From: Octopus sinensis
Lineage: Eukaryota
NCBI RefSeq assembly: GCF_006345805.1
Contig: NC_043012.1
Span: 13,392,001-13,456,000 of the forward strand
DNA: 64,000 nucleotides
Direction: 5' to 3'
Numbering within the stretch: the stretch's first letter is position 1; each line of letters begins with the position of its first letter. This document shows positions 1 to 11,684 of the stretch, piece after piece. A program made the translations under genes and the position numbers. The notes below the pieces were generated by a model, which saw nothing but the letters and a program-made list of their open reading frames with translations, did no database searches and was not told the origin of the DNA.

Positions 1-619
1 CATAATATCGTATAGTTGAGGTTATATGAGATACTGGTGTTAATGAGACCCAAAAGCGTCAGGTAATGCAGAATAAGTGCTATAGACAAACGGTAGTCGA
101 AACTAACTATGACTTAACTTTTCCGCTTACACCGTTTCCGATGAACGGATATTATTATTAATTAATATTCTTGAAACAGCTGTTAGACGTTCTACTATAA
201 ATGTTCTAATATCTATACCGCCTTGGTTTTTTATCTCATTACGCAAAATATTCATAATATCGTATATATATATATATATATATACACACACAACATATAC
301 CTATGAGGAGGTACCTAAAATACACACCAATTTCGCAATGTTATGTAATACACTTCGATTTACCTGTTTATACTTATATCGCTTTCAAATTATTCTTTAT
401 TTGAAGCAATGTATTGGTCCAGATGCGTTTTCCGCTATTCAGTGCTGGAACTCTAGAAGTGATGTCTTTTGACGTCTCCGTCGATTTTTTTTTATTTTCA
501 CCTCTTCCAAATTCTGTAGCACCACCTTCCTCACCAGTGATGCCTTCCGAGAAAAGGTCCGAATCATTTTCCAACTCTTCTTTCTGTTCACGACACACAT
601 TCAGTTTTGACTGCTTTTA

Positions 620-1142
620 ACCGTCCATGACTAAGCCTGGCCCAAATTTTGATGCATCAGGATTCATTCTCAATTCTTCGCTCAAAGTTTAAAAGCAGGA
701 GCTACAGGACACACCAGTCATATCAATAACTCCGTCAATTGTTCGGAGATGGTCCTCCAAAATCAGTTCATGAATTTTCTCAATTCGCCCTGAACGATGT
801 CGGACCTCAAGTGACATTTGACCAAGCCTAAAGTGGGAAAACTACTCATAAACATGTGTTTTACTCATGACAGATTCCTTGTAAGCTATTTTCCCTAGCA
901 GAAAACATGATTTCATGGAAGCTCACTGTTCCTTCGTTTCAGCCATCGCAAAAATCAACGAAAAGTGGAGAAAAACTGAAAAGGAAAGACGCACTCTGGC
1001 AGCACAAATTCACACAACAACGCTGTTTGACAGACTAATGTCTGGGGATCGCATCAAGTGGTTTCTAGCGGTGGAAACATCAACTACAACGGTTTTGTCC
1101 ATAGAGAAACTTTCCGGTTACTTCTTGGTACTCCCTTTTATA
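620..1142 (-). mobile_element. Decayed mariner transposon 5' part (HTH region)
   Basis: The minus strand translates with stops as MAETKEQ*ASMKSCFLLGK...YKESVMSKTHVYE*FSHFRLGQMSLEVRHRSGR...IEKIHELILEDHLRTID, matching the mariner N-terminal pattern (FKLGK...RFKxGxxSxED..RSGRP). A TIR-like end lies near 1140. Confidence 0.7.
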
Positions 1143-1239
1143 TATACCAGGCTGGCATGTATTATTCTTCTATTTCATTTCAACATCCTTCAATTTCTAA
1201 CGTTAAAAAAATCCCTCACATCATACATAGAACTAATCA

Positions 1240-1287
1240 TAATCATGTACATATACATACATATACATACATATACGTATATGCATA

Positions 1288-1338
<51 letters not shown>

Positions 1339-1467
1339 ATATATACATATATATATACATATATACATATACATAGATATACATATATACATATACATAT
1401 ACATACATATGTACATATACACACATATATATATATACATATATACACACACATGTATATATATGCA

Positions 1468-1501
<34 letters not shown>

Positions 1502-1514
1502 CATTTATGCATAC

Positions 1515-1564
<50 letters not shown>
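1240..1564. repeat. Compound (AT)n/(AC)n microsatellite, representative of dozens in the window
   Basis: Direct reading. It is the source of the poly-YI/poly-HT ORFs in the track. Confidence 0.95.
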
Positions 1565-1567
<3 letters not shown>

Positions 1568-1752
1568 TCAAGGAGAAAACACAAAAACGCGAGGATATGG
1601 AACAATTATAGTGTTATTGGACGCTCAGGGAAGGAAAGTAAGAAAGAGGGTTTAACGTTTCGAGCGGAGCTCTTTGTCAGGAACATAGAAAAAGGAAAGA
1701 TCAAAGGAAGGGAAGATGGAGGAAAAAATCTCCAACGATATAGACGCGGTCA
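1565..1752 (-). mobile_element. Short repeat resembling a Penelope-like element tail (second copy at 26585-26778)
   Basis: Shares AACGCGAGGA..TGGAACAA..TATAGT.TTATTGGACGCTCAGG...GTTTAACGTTTCGAGCGGAGCTCTT.GTC.G.AACATAG with 26585-26778. Carries the GAAGAG...CTCGAAACGTT-type motif typical of PLE termini. Confidence 0.55.
1650..1684 (-). ncRNA. Degenerate minimal hammerhead ribozyme motif (G8>A)
   Basis: Minus strand reads GTTC-CTGACAA-A-GAGC-tcc-GCTC-GAAAC-GT-T-AAAC; the core CUGANGA is broken at G8. Confidence 0.45.
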
Positions 1753-1806
1753 CACACACACACACACACACACACTCATACACACACACATACACATACA
1801 CACACT

Positions 1807-1872
<66 letters not shown>

Positions 1873-2040
1873 TACGACGGTTTTATTCGACTTTTCCGAC
1901 TACGAAATCCACTCACAAGGCGTTGGTCGGCCCGAGGCTATATAGTCGAACACACTTGCCCAAGGTGTCACACAATGGGACTGAACTCGGAACCATGTGT
2001 TTGGTAAGCAAGATACTTACCATACAGACACTCATGCGCC
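1873..2040 (-). mobile_element. tRNA-derived SINE, family A head
   Basis: Reverse complement of the GGCGCAGGAGTGGCTGTGTGGTAAG...GGTTCAGTCC...GGGCAAGTGT...GTGAGTGGATTT head seen intact at 35520; A- and B-box-like motifs. Confidence 0.8.
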
Positions 2041-2214
2041 TATACACACACACAGACAAATATATATATATATATATATATTATTATATTAAATTAGAGA
2101 TAAAACCACTAATAGGCAAATCAATATAACGTTATATAATATGTTTATACTATAAAATTGGATTTAATCCTAAATCTAATTTTTCCCTGTAAGTTTGGAT
2201 TTATTCCCTAATAT

Positions 2215-2245
<31 letters not shown>

Positions 2246-2682
2246 GATATATTCGTGTTTATGCGTATATAATATACGTATAGAAATTATAGTGTAACCC
2301 TAAGGACACTTAGTTGCACTAATGAAGTTCTTGTTATCTGTATTCTAGATATTGGTGTTTCCAATAGCTTTTTTTTTTACTTCCACCTTTCTTTATTTTC
2401 TCGTTTAAAAGTTTACTAATATATTTAATTCAACGTTATGAATAAGTGATAATTTCATTATTTATCATTACTGCCTTCTCCCTCAAAATTCCAGGCCTTG
2501 AGCCTAGATTAGAAAAGATTACTTACCATTAATTTATTTTTGAGCCATACATATTTACTCTGCATCGATTTATGATAAGTTGTATTATTATGAACTAAAA
2601 GCTGGCAAAACCAATCCTAATCTGACAAAGACACTTCTATCTTAATGAATATATAAATACACTTGCGGGTTTCTTTTCAGGT

Positions 2683-2713
<31 letters not shown>

Positions 2714-2838
2714 GGCATGTATGTATGCACATCTATTATGATGAAAATAATATTCATACATACACATATGTATAAGTATTTATGTATATATAATATATGT
2801 GTGTGTGTGTGTATACATACATATTTATTATATGTATG

Positions 2839-2921
<83 letters not shown>

Positions 2922-3354
2922 TATATACATATATGTATGTGTGAGTGCATGTCTGTTTGTGTCTCTGTACGCATTTGTGTATAGACGTTATTTTTATTAA
3001 TCATTATGATTGTTATTATTATTATTAGTAGTAGTAGTAGTAGTAGTAGTAGTATTGTGATTATTAATATTATCATTTGTATTATCATGTTTATAATTTA
3101 TATGAGCATTCATATATGAGTGTGTGTGGGGGGTACATTAAGACAGAAGAAGGTAAAAGTAAAAAAACTAACCTAATTACTGGGTCCGTATGAGCAAATA
3201 AACCCTTGAAATTGGGTGGTGCCTTAGTATATCTCCAGGCAATGATAATAGAGTAATAATAATAATGCTAAAAATAATAAAGATATATATATATACATAT
3301 ACACACACATATGTATACATATACATATGTATGCACATATATATACATATATAT

Positions 3355-3417
<63 letters not shown>

Positions 3418-3468
3418 TATATATATAATATATATATATATACATATACAATTGTAGATCGATGCGTA

Positions 3469-3503
<35 letters not shown>

Positions 3504-3624
3504 ATTGTGTGTGTGAGTGTGTGTGCGCGTGTGTGTGTGTTTGTATAAAGATAGATAGATAGATATCTGCGCTACATTAGGTTTAATTTATCAAGTAAAT
3601 ATTCTGCGATAAAATATGTTCTGA

Positions 3625-3716
<92 letters not shown>

Positions 3717-4174
3717 GTGTGTGTGTAGACTGACACACACACCGACACAGAGGCCGACAGACAGATACACACACACACTAACGTTTATATATATATAGAT
3801 ATTTAATTTCCCTCCCTGTAATAATTATATGTAGCCATAATTTTATATGCACATATAATATTTCTTCTATTATCAAACTTGTAAAAAACACATCGTATAC
3901 TTACCCATGTGTGTGGCTCCTTTAAGTTTAGTGTGCACTGGATATGCATAATTCGTTTGTGTCTTTTGCAAGCATCTGTCTACTTATGTAGGCATACAAA
4001 TTGATAAAAATTACCTTGTTCAAACCGGTTTTACACTTACACGCACTTATACATACACACTCATGTGGTTGTACAAATGTATTTATCAATATATATATAT
4101 ATATTATATATATATATATATATACATATTTACACGCACATACACACACACACATACACACACACATACACACA

Positions 4175-4226
<52 letters not shown>

Positions 4227-4393
4227 CTGTTTGTGTGTTCCTGTCATTTTTTGTACATATATATTCGGTTTCAGCTGGTCATAAAGATCTTCGTCAGTAT
4301 CTTTGGTGGGAACTCACCACTGATCCATCAATTGCTTATCTCTTAAAAAGGTTTTTTCAATCCCTACTGTTGCATCATTACACTTACCTAATC

Positions 4394-5563
4394 ATGTTAA
4401 AACTTCAGATGCTTTGGTATATTTTGCCACATATTTTGCACGCTTCCTCGGGGAATTCGCAGCATAAGTTGAGAGAGAATCTGTTTAAGAATTATAGCAA
4501 CACAATAAGACCTGTTCTGTACACAGACACAATCACAGATGTGGATTTATTTCTCTTTCCCTATGAGATTTACAAATTAGATTTAGGAGCTGGATTACTT
4601 ACTGCAAAATTCGTTATTGGTTACAAATGGACTGATGAATTCTTAGTGTGGAATAAAAGCCAATATGATAATATATCATCAATCAAAATGCCTTTGGTAA
4701 AAGTTTGGGAACCTCATGCATACGTGTGTAATGCTGAAAAAGTATATAGAATCAGGACTCCAAAACCCGAAGCATTGATATTATCCAATGGCACAATACA
4801 AACATCCACTGCGTGGGTATATACCACCTACTGTAAAATTGACAATACTAAATATCCTTTTGACATTCAGAATTGCGAAGTAATCATTTGTTTACCGTTA
4901 AGTAAACTAAATAATGTGAGAATTAAAACAATTATGACATTTAAAAAACAAGTTACCGTAGGAACCTGGAAAGTAGAAATAGACAAAGTGTTACCAAATT
5001 ATAATAAAAGTATTTGTCATGCATCGTGGCACTTAACACTAACGAAATTATCAACACAGTCGAAAATAATAATAATCATTCCACCTTTTCTACTAACATG
5101 TGTAACGATTGCTACTTTTCTTTTGCCCCCAGATACGAAACAAAAAGTCACTTTTTCTACAAACAGTTTTCTATCGATAATGCTTTATTTATCAAACATG
5201 TCAAAGGATTTATCATACCGCACAGCCAACCATTCTCTTCTATGGATATATGTCTTTTGCTTATCATGCATCAGCGCAATATCATGTATCGAATCGATAC
5301 TTGTTTGTCGCATTTATGTTTACCAAAAGGGCCAGGATCAATGTCAAATGTCTGAAAGAACAATATCATCGAATGACGACGTAGATATAAGTGAAACATG
5401 TAACAAACACTTGAATAAGAAATGGTTCGATGAAAGGAACACAATGAAGAAAAAATGCAAACATTTGAAATTTTTCCAACATAGATATATTGATAACTTT
5501 TGCTTGGTCTTCTTCACGTTGTTCTTTTTAATAATAGGTATAATTTTGAATTACATTGCATAG
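4394..5563 (+). CDS. Cephalopod chemotactile receptor-like (atypical nAChR-derived) Cys-loop channel subunit, 389 aa, uninterrupted CDS (here CR-a)
   Basis: ATG at 4394 gives a signal peptide (MLKLQMLWYILPHILHASSG), then RPV, WxDxxLxW, WxP, Cys-loop C-KIDNTKYPFDIQN-C (13 residues) and four TM helices (IIIIPPFLL; KVTFSTNSFLS; LLWIYVFCL; IDNFCLVFF). No vicinal CC and no loop B Trp. The track's start at 4001 is an upstream microsatellite read-through. Confidence 0.93.
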   Translation: MLKLQMLWYILPHILHASSGNSQHKLRENLFKNYSNTIRPVLYTDTITDVDLFLFPYEIYKLDLGAGLLTAKFVIGYKWTDEFLVWNKSQYDNISSIKMPLVKVWEPHAYVCNAEKVYRIRTPKPEALILSNGTIQTSTAWVYTTYCKIDNTKYPFDIQNCEVIICLPLSKLNNVRIKTIMTFKKQVTVGTWKVEIDKVLPNYNKSICHASWHLTLTKLSTQSKIIIIIPPFLLTCVTIATFLLPPDTKQKVTFSTNSFLSIMLYLSNMSKDLSYRTANHSLLWIYVFCLSCISAISCIESILVCRIYVYQKGQDQCQMSERTISSNDDVDISETCNKHLNKKWFDERNTMKKKCKHLKFFQHRYIDNFCLVFFTLFFLIIGIILNYIA

Positions 5564-5773
5564 ATCATTCCTTATAAAAAGTTGAAAGTAATATATTAAG
5601 TGTAGCATATTAAATTCTTGCACGTAATTTTATGTTACGTACTAATAGTTACAATCATCCTAATATTACTGTTATTTTTTATTATTATTACTATTATAAT
5701 AACTATTATAATCATTTTTCTGGATTTTGCTCATTTTGTCATTATTGTTGTTGTTATTATCGTTATCATTATT

Positions 5774-5945
5774 AAGGCAGCGAACTGGCAGAATCGTCAG
5801 CCGGTCGAGCAAATTGCTTAACGGCATTTCATTTGTTTCTGCGTTCTGAGTTCAAATTTCCCCAATGATGAATTTTCTTTTCGTCATTTCAGATTGGGTA
5901 AAAAAAAAAAAATACCATATTGAGGTTAATGTGCCAAAACTTGAA
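5774..5945 (+). mobile_element. tRNA-derived SINE, family B (decayed)
   Basis: AAGGCAGCGAACTGGCAGAATCG...TTCTGAGTTCAAATT head, homologous to 6066-6300 and 55455-55662. Confidence 0.6.
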
Positions 5946-5973
5946 GTCATCATCATCATCATCATCATCATAT

Positions 5974-6575
<602 letters not shown>

Positions 6576-6639
6576 TGAAGATGGTAAAAGAGTGAGTTGA
6601 ACACACTGAGGCTTGTGACGAAGAAAGAAGTGTAAGATT

Positions 6640-7450
6640 GATCTTATATCGAAAGGATTTTACGTGAAGTATGTAAGTTATCTAAAGTATCATCTTTTGT
6701 AATTCACTTATTTGGATCTGCCTTGTGGTTGGTCTATATACTTGTATTCTTTTCTTGATATCATTCCAAGTTTCCCCATAATAATAGGTAATGTTGTTGT
6801 GTCGAGATGCTACATTCTTCCGATTTAAATCTCCACAACCTTATATTCGCTGTTTTCAAACATGCAGTGGCGTTTTTTTTCTAGTCTAGAGCTGCAAATC
6901 TTTTCAATGTTATTTTTCACAACTAACTCTGGTCGGTGGGCCTGTATATTCTAATCCGATGAACAGTGAAGTTCCAAAGCATCGCAACGCCGGCACGCTG
7001 GGCGACGCCTGGTGGGTTAAAGTCCCACCAATCGTTTTTGCGTGAGGGCAGTTGTATGTGTAGAAAATTGACAAGTATATGTACTAAGCTGCTCTGTCAT
7101 GCATTTGCAAGTATTGTGTTTGTGCATCTATTGATTTTTGTGGTTGATTGTCTCAAAGTGTTCTCAGCATATGGAGCATGGTGTCTTGGTTTCAAATTTC
7201 AGGACATGATTCTGTTAATTTCTTGCCGAAATGGGCTGGTCCTAAGCAGCATTTATATGCCCATTAATTTCTGGTTCGAAACCAGACCATGACAGCCACT
7301 GATCAGTAAGTGCTGCTAAACAATATATTAATTGAAATGTCAAAATTGTGATCATTGCCTGTAGCCTGAAAATAATATAACGTATAATGTACTGTCAATT
7401 TGATGTTTGATAACTCTATCGTATGAGATGTGTTGCGCTTGTTCGCAGGC
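6640..7450 (-). mobile_element. R4/Dong-like non-LTR retrotransposon, 3' fragment (restriction-like endonuclease region), decayed
   Basis: Frameshifted minus-strand peptides TDQWLSWSG...NAA*DQ, LWNFTVH, QAHRPELVVKNNIEKIC and LPIIMGKLGMI...ISELQKMIL match the same motifs in the better-preserved copy at 62320-63450. Confidence 0.7.
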
Positions 7451-7939
7451 AGCCCTCTGTCTGCATATGTGAATAATATCATTTACACTTTAACAGTGAT
7501 TTAAGTTTTCCCAATCTAGATTCATTGAGTACTCTTCCTGGGTTAATGTTGCCTTCTAATGTTCTGTGCCTATGAGGCAAACATAGGCTTTGCAATATTA
7601 TATAATTATTATTCTATCAGTAATATCCATTCGTGTACTTACACCTGGAGACAGAGAGCGATTGTGGTGCTTTAATTTTGCTTTCGTTGAATTTATTGCA
7701 GGAAATTATTGTCAGTTATAAATACCCAGTATATTGAAGTGTTTTTACTGCATACAGTTTCAATTGCACATGTCATTGCGTTTTTAATGTATATTTATAA
7801 ATATGGGCTATTATCACTTATAATATATGAGTCGGAATTATATATTATCATAGTAGTTGGTACTGATTATATTTCGGAATTTCTTGTATTAAAATAAAAT
7901 GTACACTTTGTTATATTTGTATATTTCTATATGCATCTA

Positions 7940-8797
7940 TTGGGCTGAGGAATAATTCATGAGCGATTTTATTCTCTTTTCAAATTTAAAAACGTACGTA
8001 GAAACAAAACACAATGGCAAAATGTCTTGTGAAATGTTATTTGAAAGAGAATTGTTTGATCTACAAGTTAGTATGCTTTGATCTTCTCACTTTATTGATT
8101 TGTGAATATTTTCAGATCATTATAATGGAATGTCAAGTGAAGAAGTCTGAGCATTTTCGATACCATTTACTTTTTGCATTTAATCGAGGAGATAAGACTG
8201 CCGAAGTTGCTCGTGAGATTTGTGCAATTAATGGAGAAGGAGCAATAATTCAAAGTAGTTCGTTTTCGCCCTTCAGAATGGGAATTTTTACCTCGAGGAC
8301 GGATCACACACCGATCGAGCAATTGAGATCGATGAAGAGCGATTGAATCAGTTTCTGCACGAAAATCCACGGCAAACGACCAGAGAATTGGAGATGGATT
8401 GCGATAAAAAAAACTGTGGTGAACCACCTTCACGCAATGGGCATGGTTCATATAACTCAAATTGGCCAACCGGTGTGTGATCCGTCTTTCGGGTCAAAAT
8501 TCGCCGGTTTGTACTTTGAGGTATTGCTCCTTCTCCATACACAGCACAAATATCACGAGCAGCTTCGTTGTGCTTAAGATCGAGATTAAATGGAAAGAGC
8601 AAATGGTGTTGAAAATGTCCACTTGATTTTAATGATATGAAAATACACAATCAATAAAATTTACAAATCAAAAGACCTTAACATGTAGAGCAAAACATTC
8701 TCTTTCACATAAAATAAAACATTCTGCAAGTGCGTTTTGTTTCCGCGTGCACTTTTATATTCGATAAACAACGCTCATGAATTATTCCTCAATTCAA
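7940..8797. mobile_element. Non-autonomous mariner derivative built from two inverted 5' ends
   Basis: TIR-like ends TTGGGCTGAGGAATAATTCATGAGCG (7940) and CGCTCATGAATTATTCCTCAATTCAA (to 8797), each flanked by TA. The + strand encodes MECQVKKSEHFRYHLLFAFNRG..AEVAREICAINGEGAI and the - strand encodes HFQHHLLFPFNLD..EAARDICAVYGEGAI. Confidence 0.8.
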
Positions 8798-8846
8798 TAT
8801 ATCTTTATAAGACACACTGAGAGAGATTGTGTGTAGGTGTTTGTGT

Positions 8847-8893
<47 letters not shown>

Positions 8894-9258
8894 TGTGTGT
8901 CAGTGTGTGCATGTTTATACACCACTGATTGCCTCGACAGAAAAAAAAACACAAACAAGACAGTGAAATAATCTTTTATCAGCACAGAAGTCATCAATAA
9001 AGTTAAGAAGATGATTCTGGATAATCAGCAATTTCAATAGGTTATATGTTATTCATTGAATTATTTTTAGCCAATATATCTGTTCAGGAATTGGCTCACA
9101 ATAACATTTCCTGAAGACTTACTGAAGAAGTTGTCCGAACAAATAATTATAGAAATGCAAGCTAAAAGTGCAAAAGATCGACTTGTATTAGTTTTATAAC
9201 TTGAACTGCTTGTCTTATAATACATAAAATTATATATACGTAAGTGTGTGTGGGAGTG

Positions 9259-9309
<51 letters not shown>

Positions 9310-9676
9310 TATCTTCTTAAACTTTTAAAACTTTTTGATAGTTTATAAAAAATAAAAAAATAAATAAATATAAAAATATAAAAATTTAAAAATAAAATTA
9401 AAAATAAATAAATAAATAAAAATATAAATAAAAATAAAAATAAAAATATATAATTAAATAAAATATATATATATATATATTTATAATTTATAAGTTTAGA
9501 TTATTAATTTAAATAATTTTTTAAAATTTTAACTTTAATTTAGATATTTTAATTGGATTTTTATATTTTATATTTTATATTTTTTATATATTTTTTAATT
9601 AATTTTATTTCTATGTATTGGCTTATGCTTTTCACTGTTTGATTTGCCTAGTAGTGGTTTTATCTCCAATTTAATA

Positions 9677-9740
<64 letters not shown>

Positions 9741-9741
<1 letters not shown>

Positions 9742-9750
9742 CTAGCTAGC

Positions 9751-9836
<86 letters not shown>
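9741..9836. repeat. (GCTA)n/(GATA)n tetranucleotide microsatellite (others at 16730-16905 and 56690-56775)
   Basis: Direct reading. Confidence 0.95.
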
Positions 9837-10329
9837 GTACTGCAAATTTAGGGTGAATACTTGACAAGTGTAAGCACCTGACAGCTAGTTGCAGAGGTGA
9901 GAAGGAATATATCAAATACAACCAAAAACAGAACACAAAGGATGTCGCGGTACACGTGTTTCAAACTTTATAAACGACCTGTTCTTACATCAGTGTATAA
10001 TAGATATAAAAGATGGTTTAAAGTTCTCTTCAGCCGCATGCATTGTTATTCCAAAGAGTCACATCTCACTATAAAAATATTAAAAATACATGTAGTATTA
10101 CCCATAATAATAGGTATATCATATCTCCCTGAGAAAGTGTATTTGTAAAATTTCATAACTAAATAGGCGTATAGGGGATCATTGGATTTCGAAAATATGT
10201 CCATACTGTAATTCCAGTCAACATATAGTGAATGTTAAATAGATTTGAATGGGTTCATTCTTCTTGTAAGGAAATAAAAAGAAGGAAAAAGAACATGGAG
10301 AGGAAAAACATAGATAGAAAGAATAGAGA

Positions 10330-11191
10330 GAAAAAAGAAAATAGAAAAGAAAAAATGCTTAAATAGTCTTGACTATTAGTTCTGTCTTCAAAGGAAAATA
10401 TTTTGCCGGCGGATTTCCAAGATATATCCACCCAGATCATCACTGATCCGACTCCATCCTTAATAGTTGGAAGAAAGCAGTCTTTGTCAAATGCTTCTTT
10501 TGGTTGTCTCCACCCGTATACTCGGCCAGTGATTGGAAATAAGGTAAAGGATAACTTGTCCGAGAAAATAGCGTTCTTTCCACTGTTCTCGTGACCAATT
10601 CTGTAGGTATTTACGCCACTCTAAACGCTGTGCAACGTTTGTTTTTGAAAGTATTGGTTTTCTCATTGGAGCCCTCTCGTGAAATCCGGCTTCGTACAGC
10701 TCCCGCCGAACAGTTTTTGTGGCAACTGGTTTCTTGAGGTGGTCATTAATATCTGCAGTAAGTTTGGGAACTGTAGTTTTGTGATCATTTCTAAGAATTC
10801 GCGTAAGATACCAACGGTCCCTGTCTGAGAGTCTGGGTTTTCTTCTGAAGTTTTGTGTCGACGTGGAGGTTTTCTTCCTTCTTTCTCAAAGCCTGCCATT
10901 ACTTTCAAGATAGTACTTCTTTATGTACCAAATATGTCAGCTGTTTTCGTTACACCAGCGCCAACAATTTGACCTCTTTGAAAGTCCGATAGTCTGTCAT
11001 TTTAAGGGATTTTAATTAACCTTTTTTGATGATAACTGAAAAGAAAAAACAAATTTAGTAAAACATATTAAGCAACACTAATATTAAATAAAAAAAAACA
11101 TTAAAATAAACAATCTTTTGTCAGGTCTATAGATATTTCTGAATTATGATGCTATGATGCTATGTTTTCCCACTACTTTGTCAAAACCCTG
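10330..11191 (-). mobile_element. Tc1-family transposon remnant (5' TIR, HTH, first catalytic Asp region)
   Basis: Minus strand reads KVMAGFEKEG..., GFHERAPMRKPILSKTNVAQRLEW and AIFSDKLSFTLFPITGRVYGWRQPKEAFDKDCFLPTIKDGVGSVMIWVDISW (Tc1 'FSDES..F', 'PTVKHGGGSVMIW'). End is TA|CAGGGTTTTGACAAAG at 11191. Confidence 0.8.
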
Positions 11192-11275
<84 letters not shown>

Positions 11276-11404
11276 AGATCCTAGAAGACACACAGAGACA
11301 GACAGAACGGATTTAATATAATATATATATATACACACACACATATATATATATACATATGTATGTATGTATGTTTTATGTATGTGTGTGTATGTATATG
11401 GATG

Positions 11405-11560
11405 CTGTTGTGTTTATGTCTCCGTAACTTAGCGGTTCGACACGAGAGAATGACAGAATAAGTACTAGGCTTACAGAGAATTAGTCCGGGGTTCGATTAG
11501 CGCGACTAAAGGCTGTGCTCCAGCATGGCCACAGTCAAATGACTGCAACAAATAAAAGAT
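11405..11560 (+). mobile_element. SINE family A 3' module
   Basis: CGTAACTTAGCGGTTCG...AGAATAAGTACTAGGCTTACA...GACTAAAGGC.GTGCTCCAGCATGGCC.CAGTCAAATGACTG, as at 35750-35893. Confidence 0.65.
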
Positions 11561-11615
11561 AAATTATAAAAATAGATATATAAATAATAAGTAAATAAAT
11601 AAATATATAATTAGA

Positions 11616-11684
<69 letters not shown>

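Noticed and set aside
915-4346. Many ORFs rich in YI, HT, CV, poly-I, poly-L or poly-Y (here and throughout the window)
   Set aside because: They are translations of (AT)n, (AC)n and (ATT)n microsatellites, which lack stops in some frames.
4001-4393. 131-aa N-terminal extension of CR-a in the ORF track
   Set aside because: It starts at TTG, crosses microsatellites and would bury the signal peptide; CR-b has no equivalent.
9300-9620. Almost pure A/T tract, A-rich then T-rich, suggesting a fold-back
   Set aside because: The arms do not align base by base; it looks like decayed low-complexity DNA or poor consensus.
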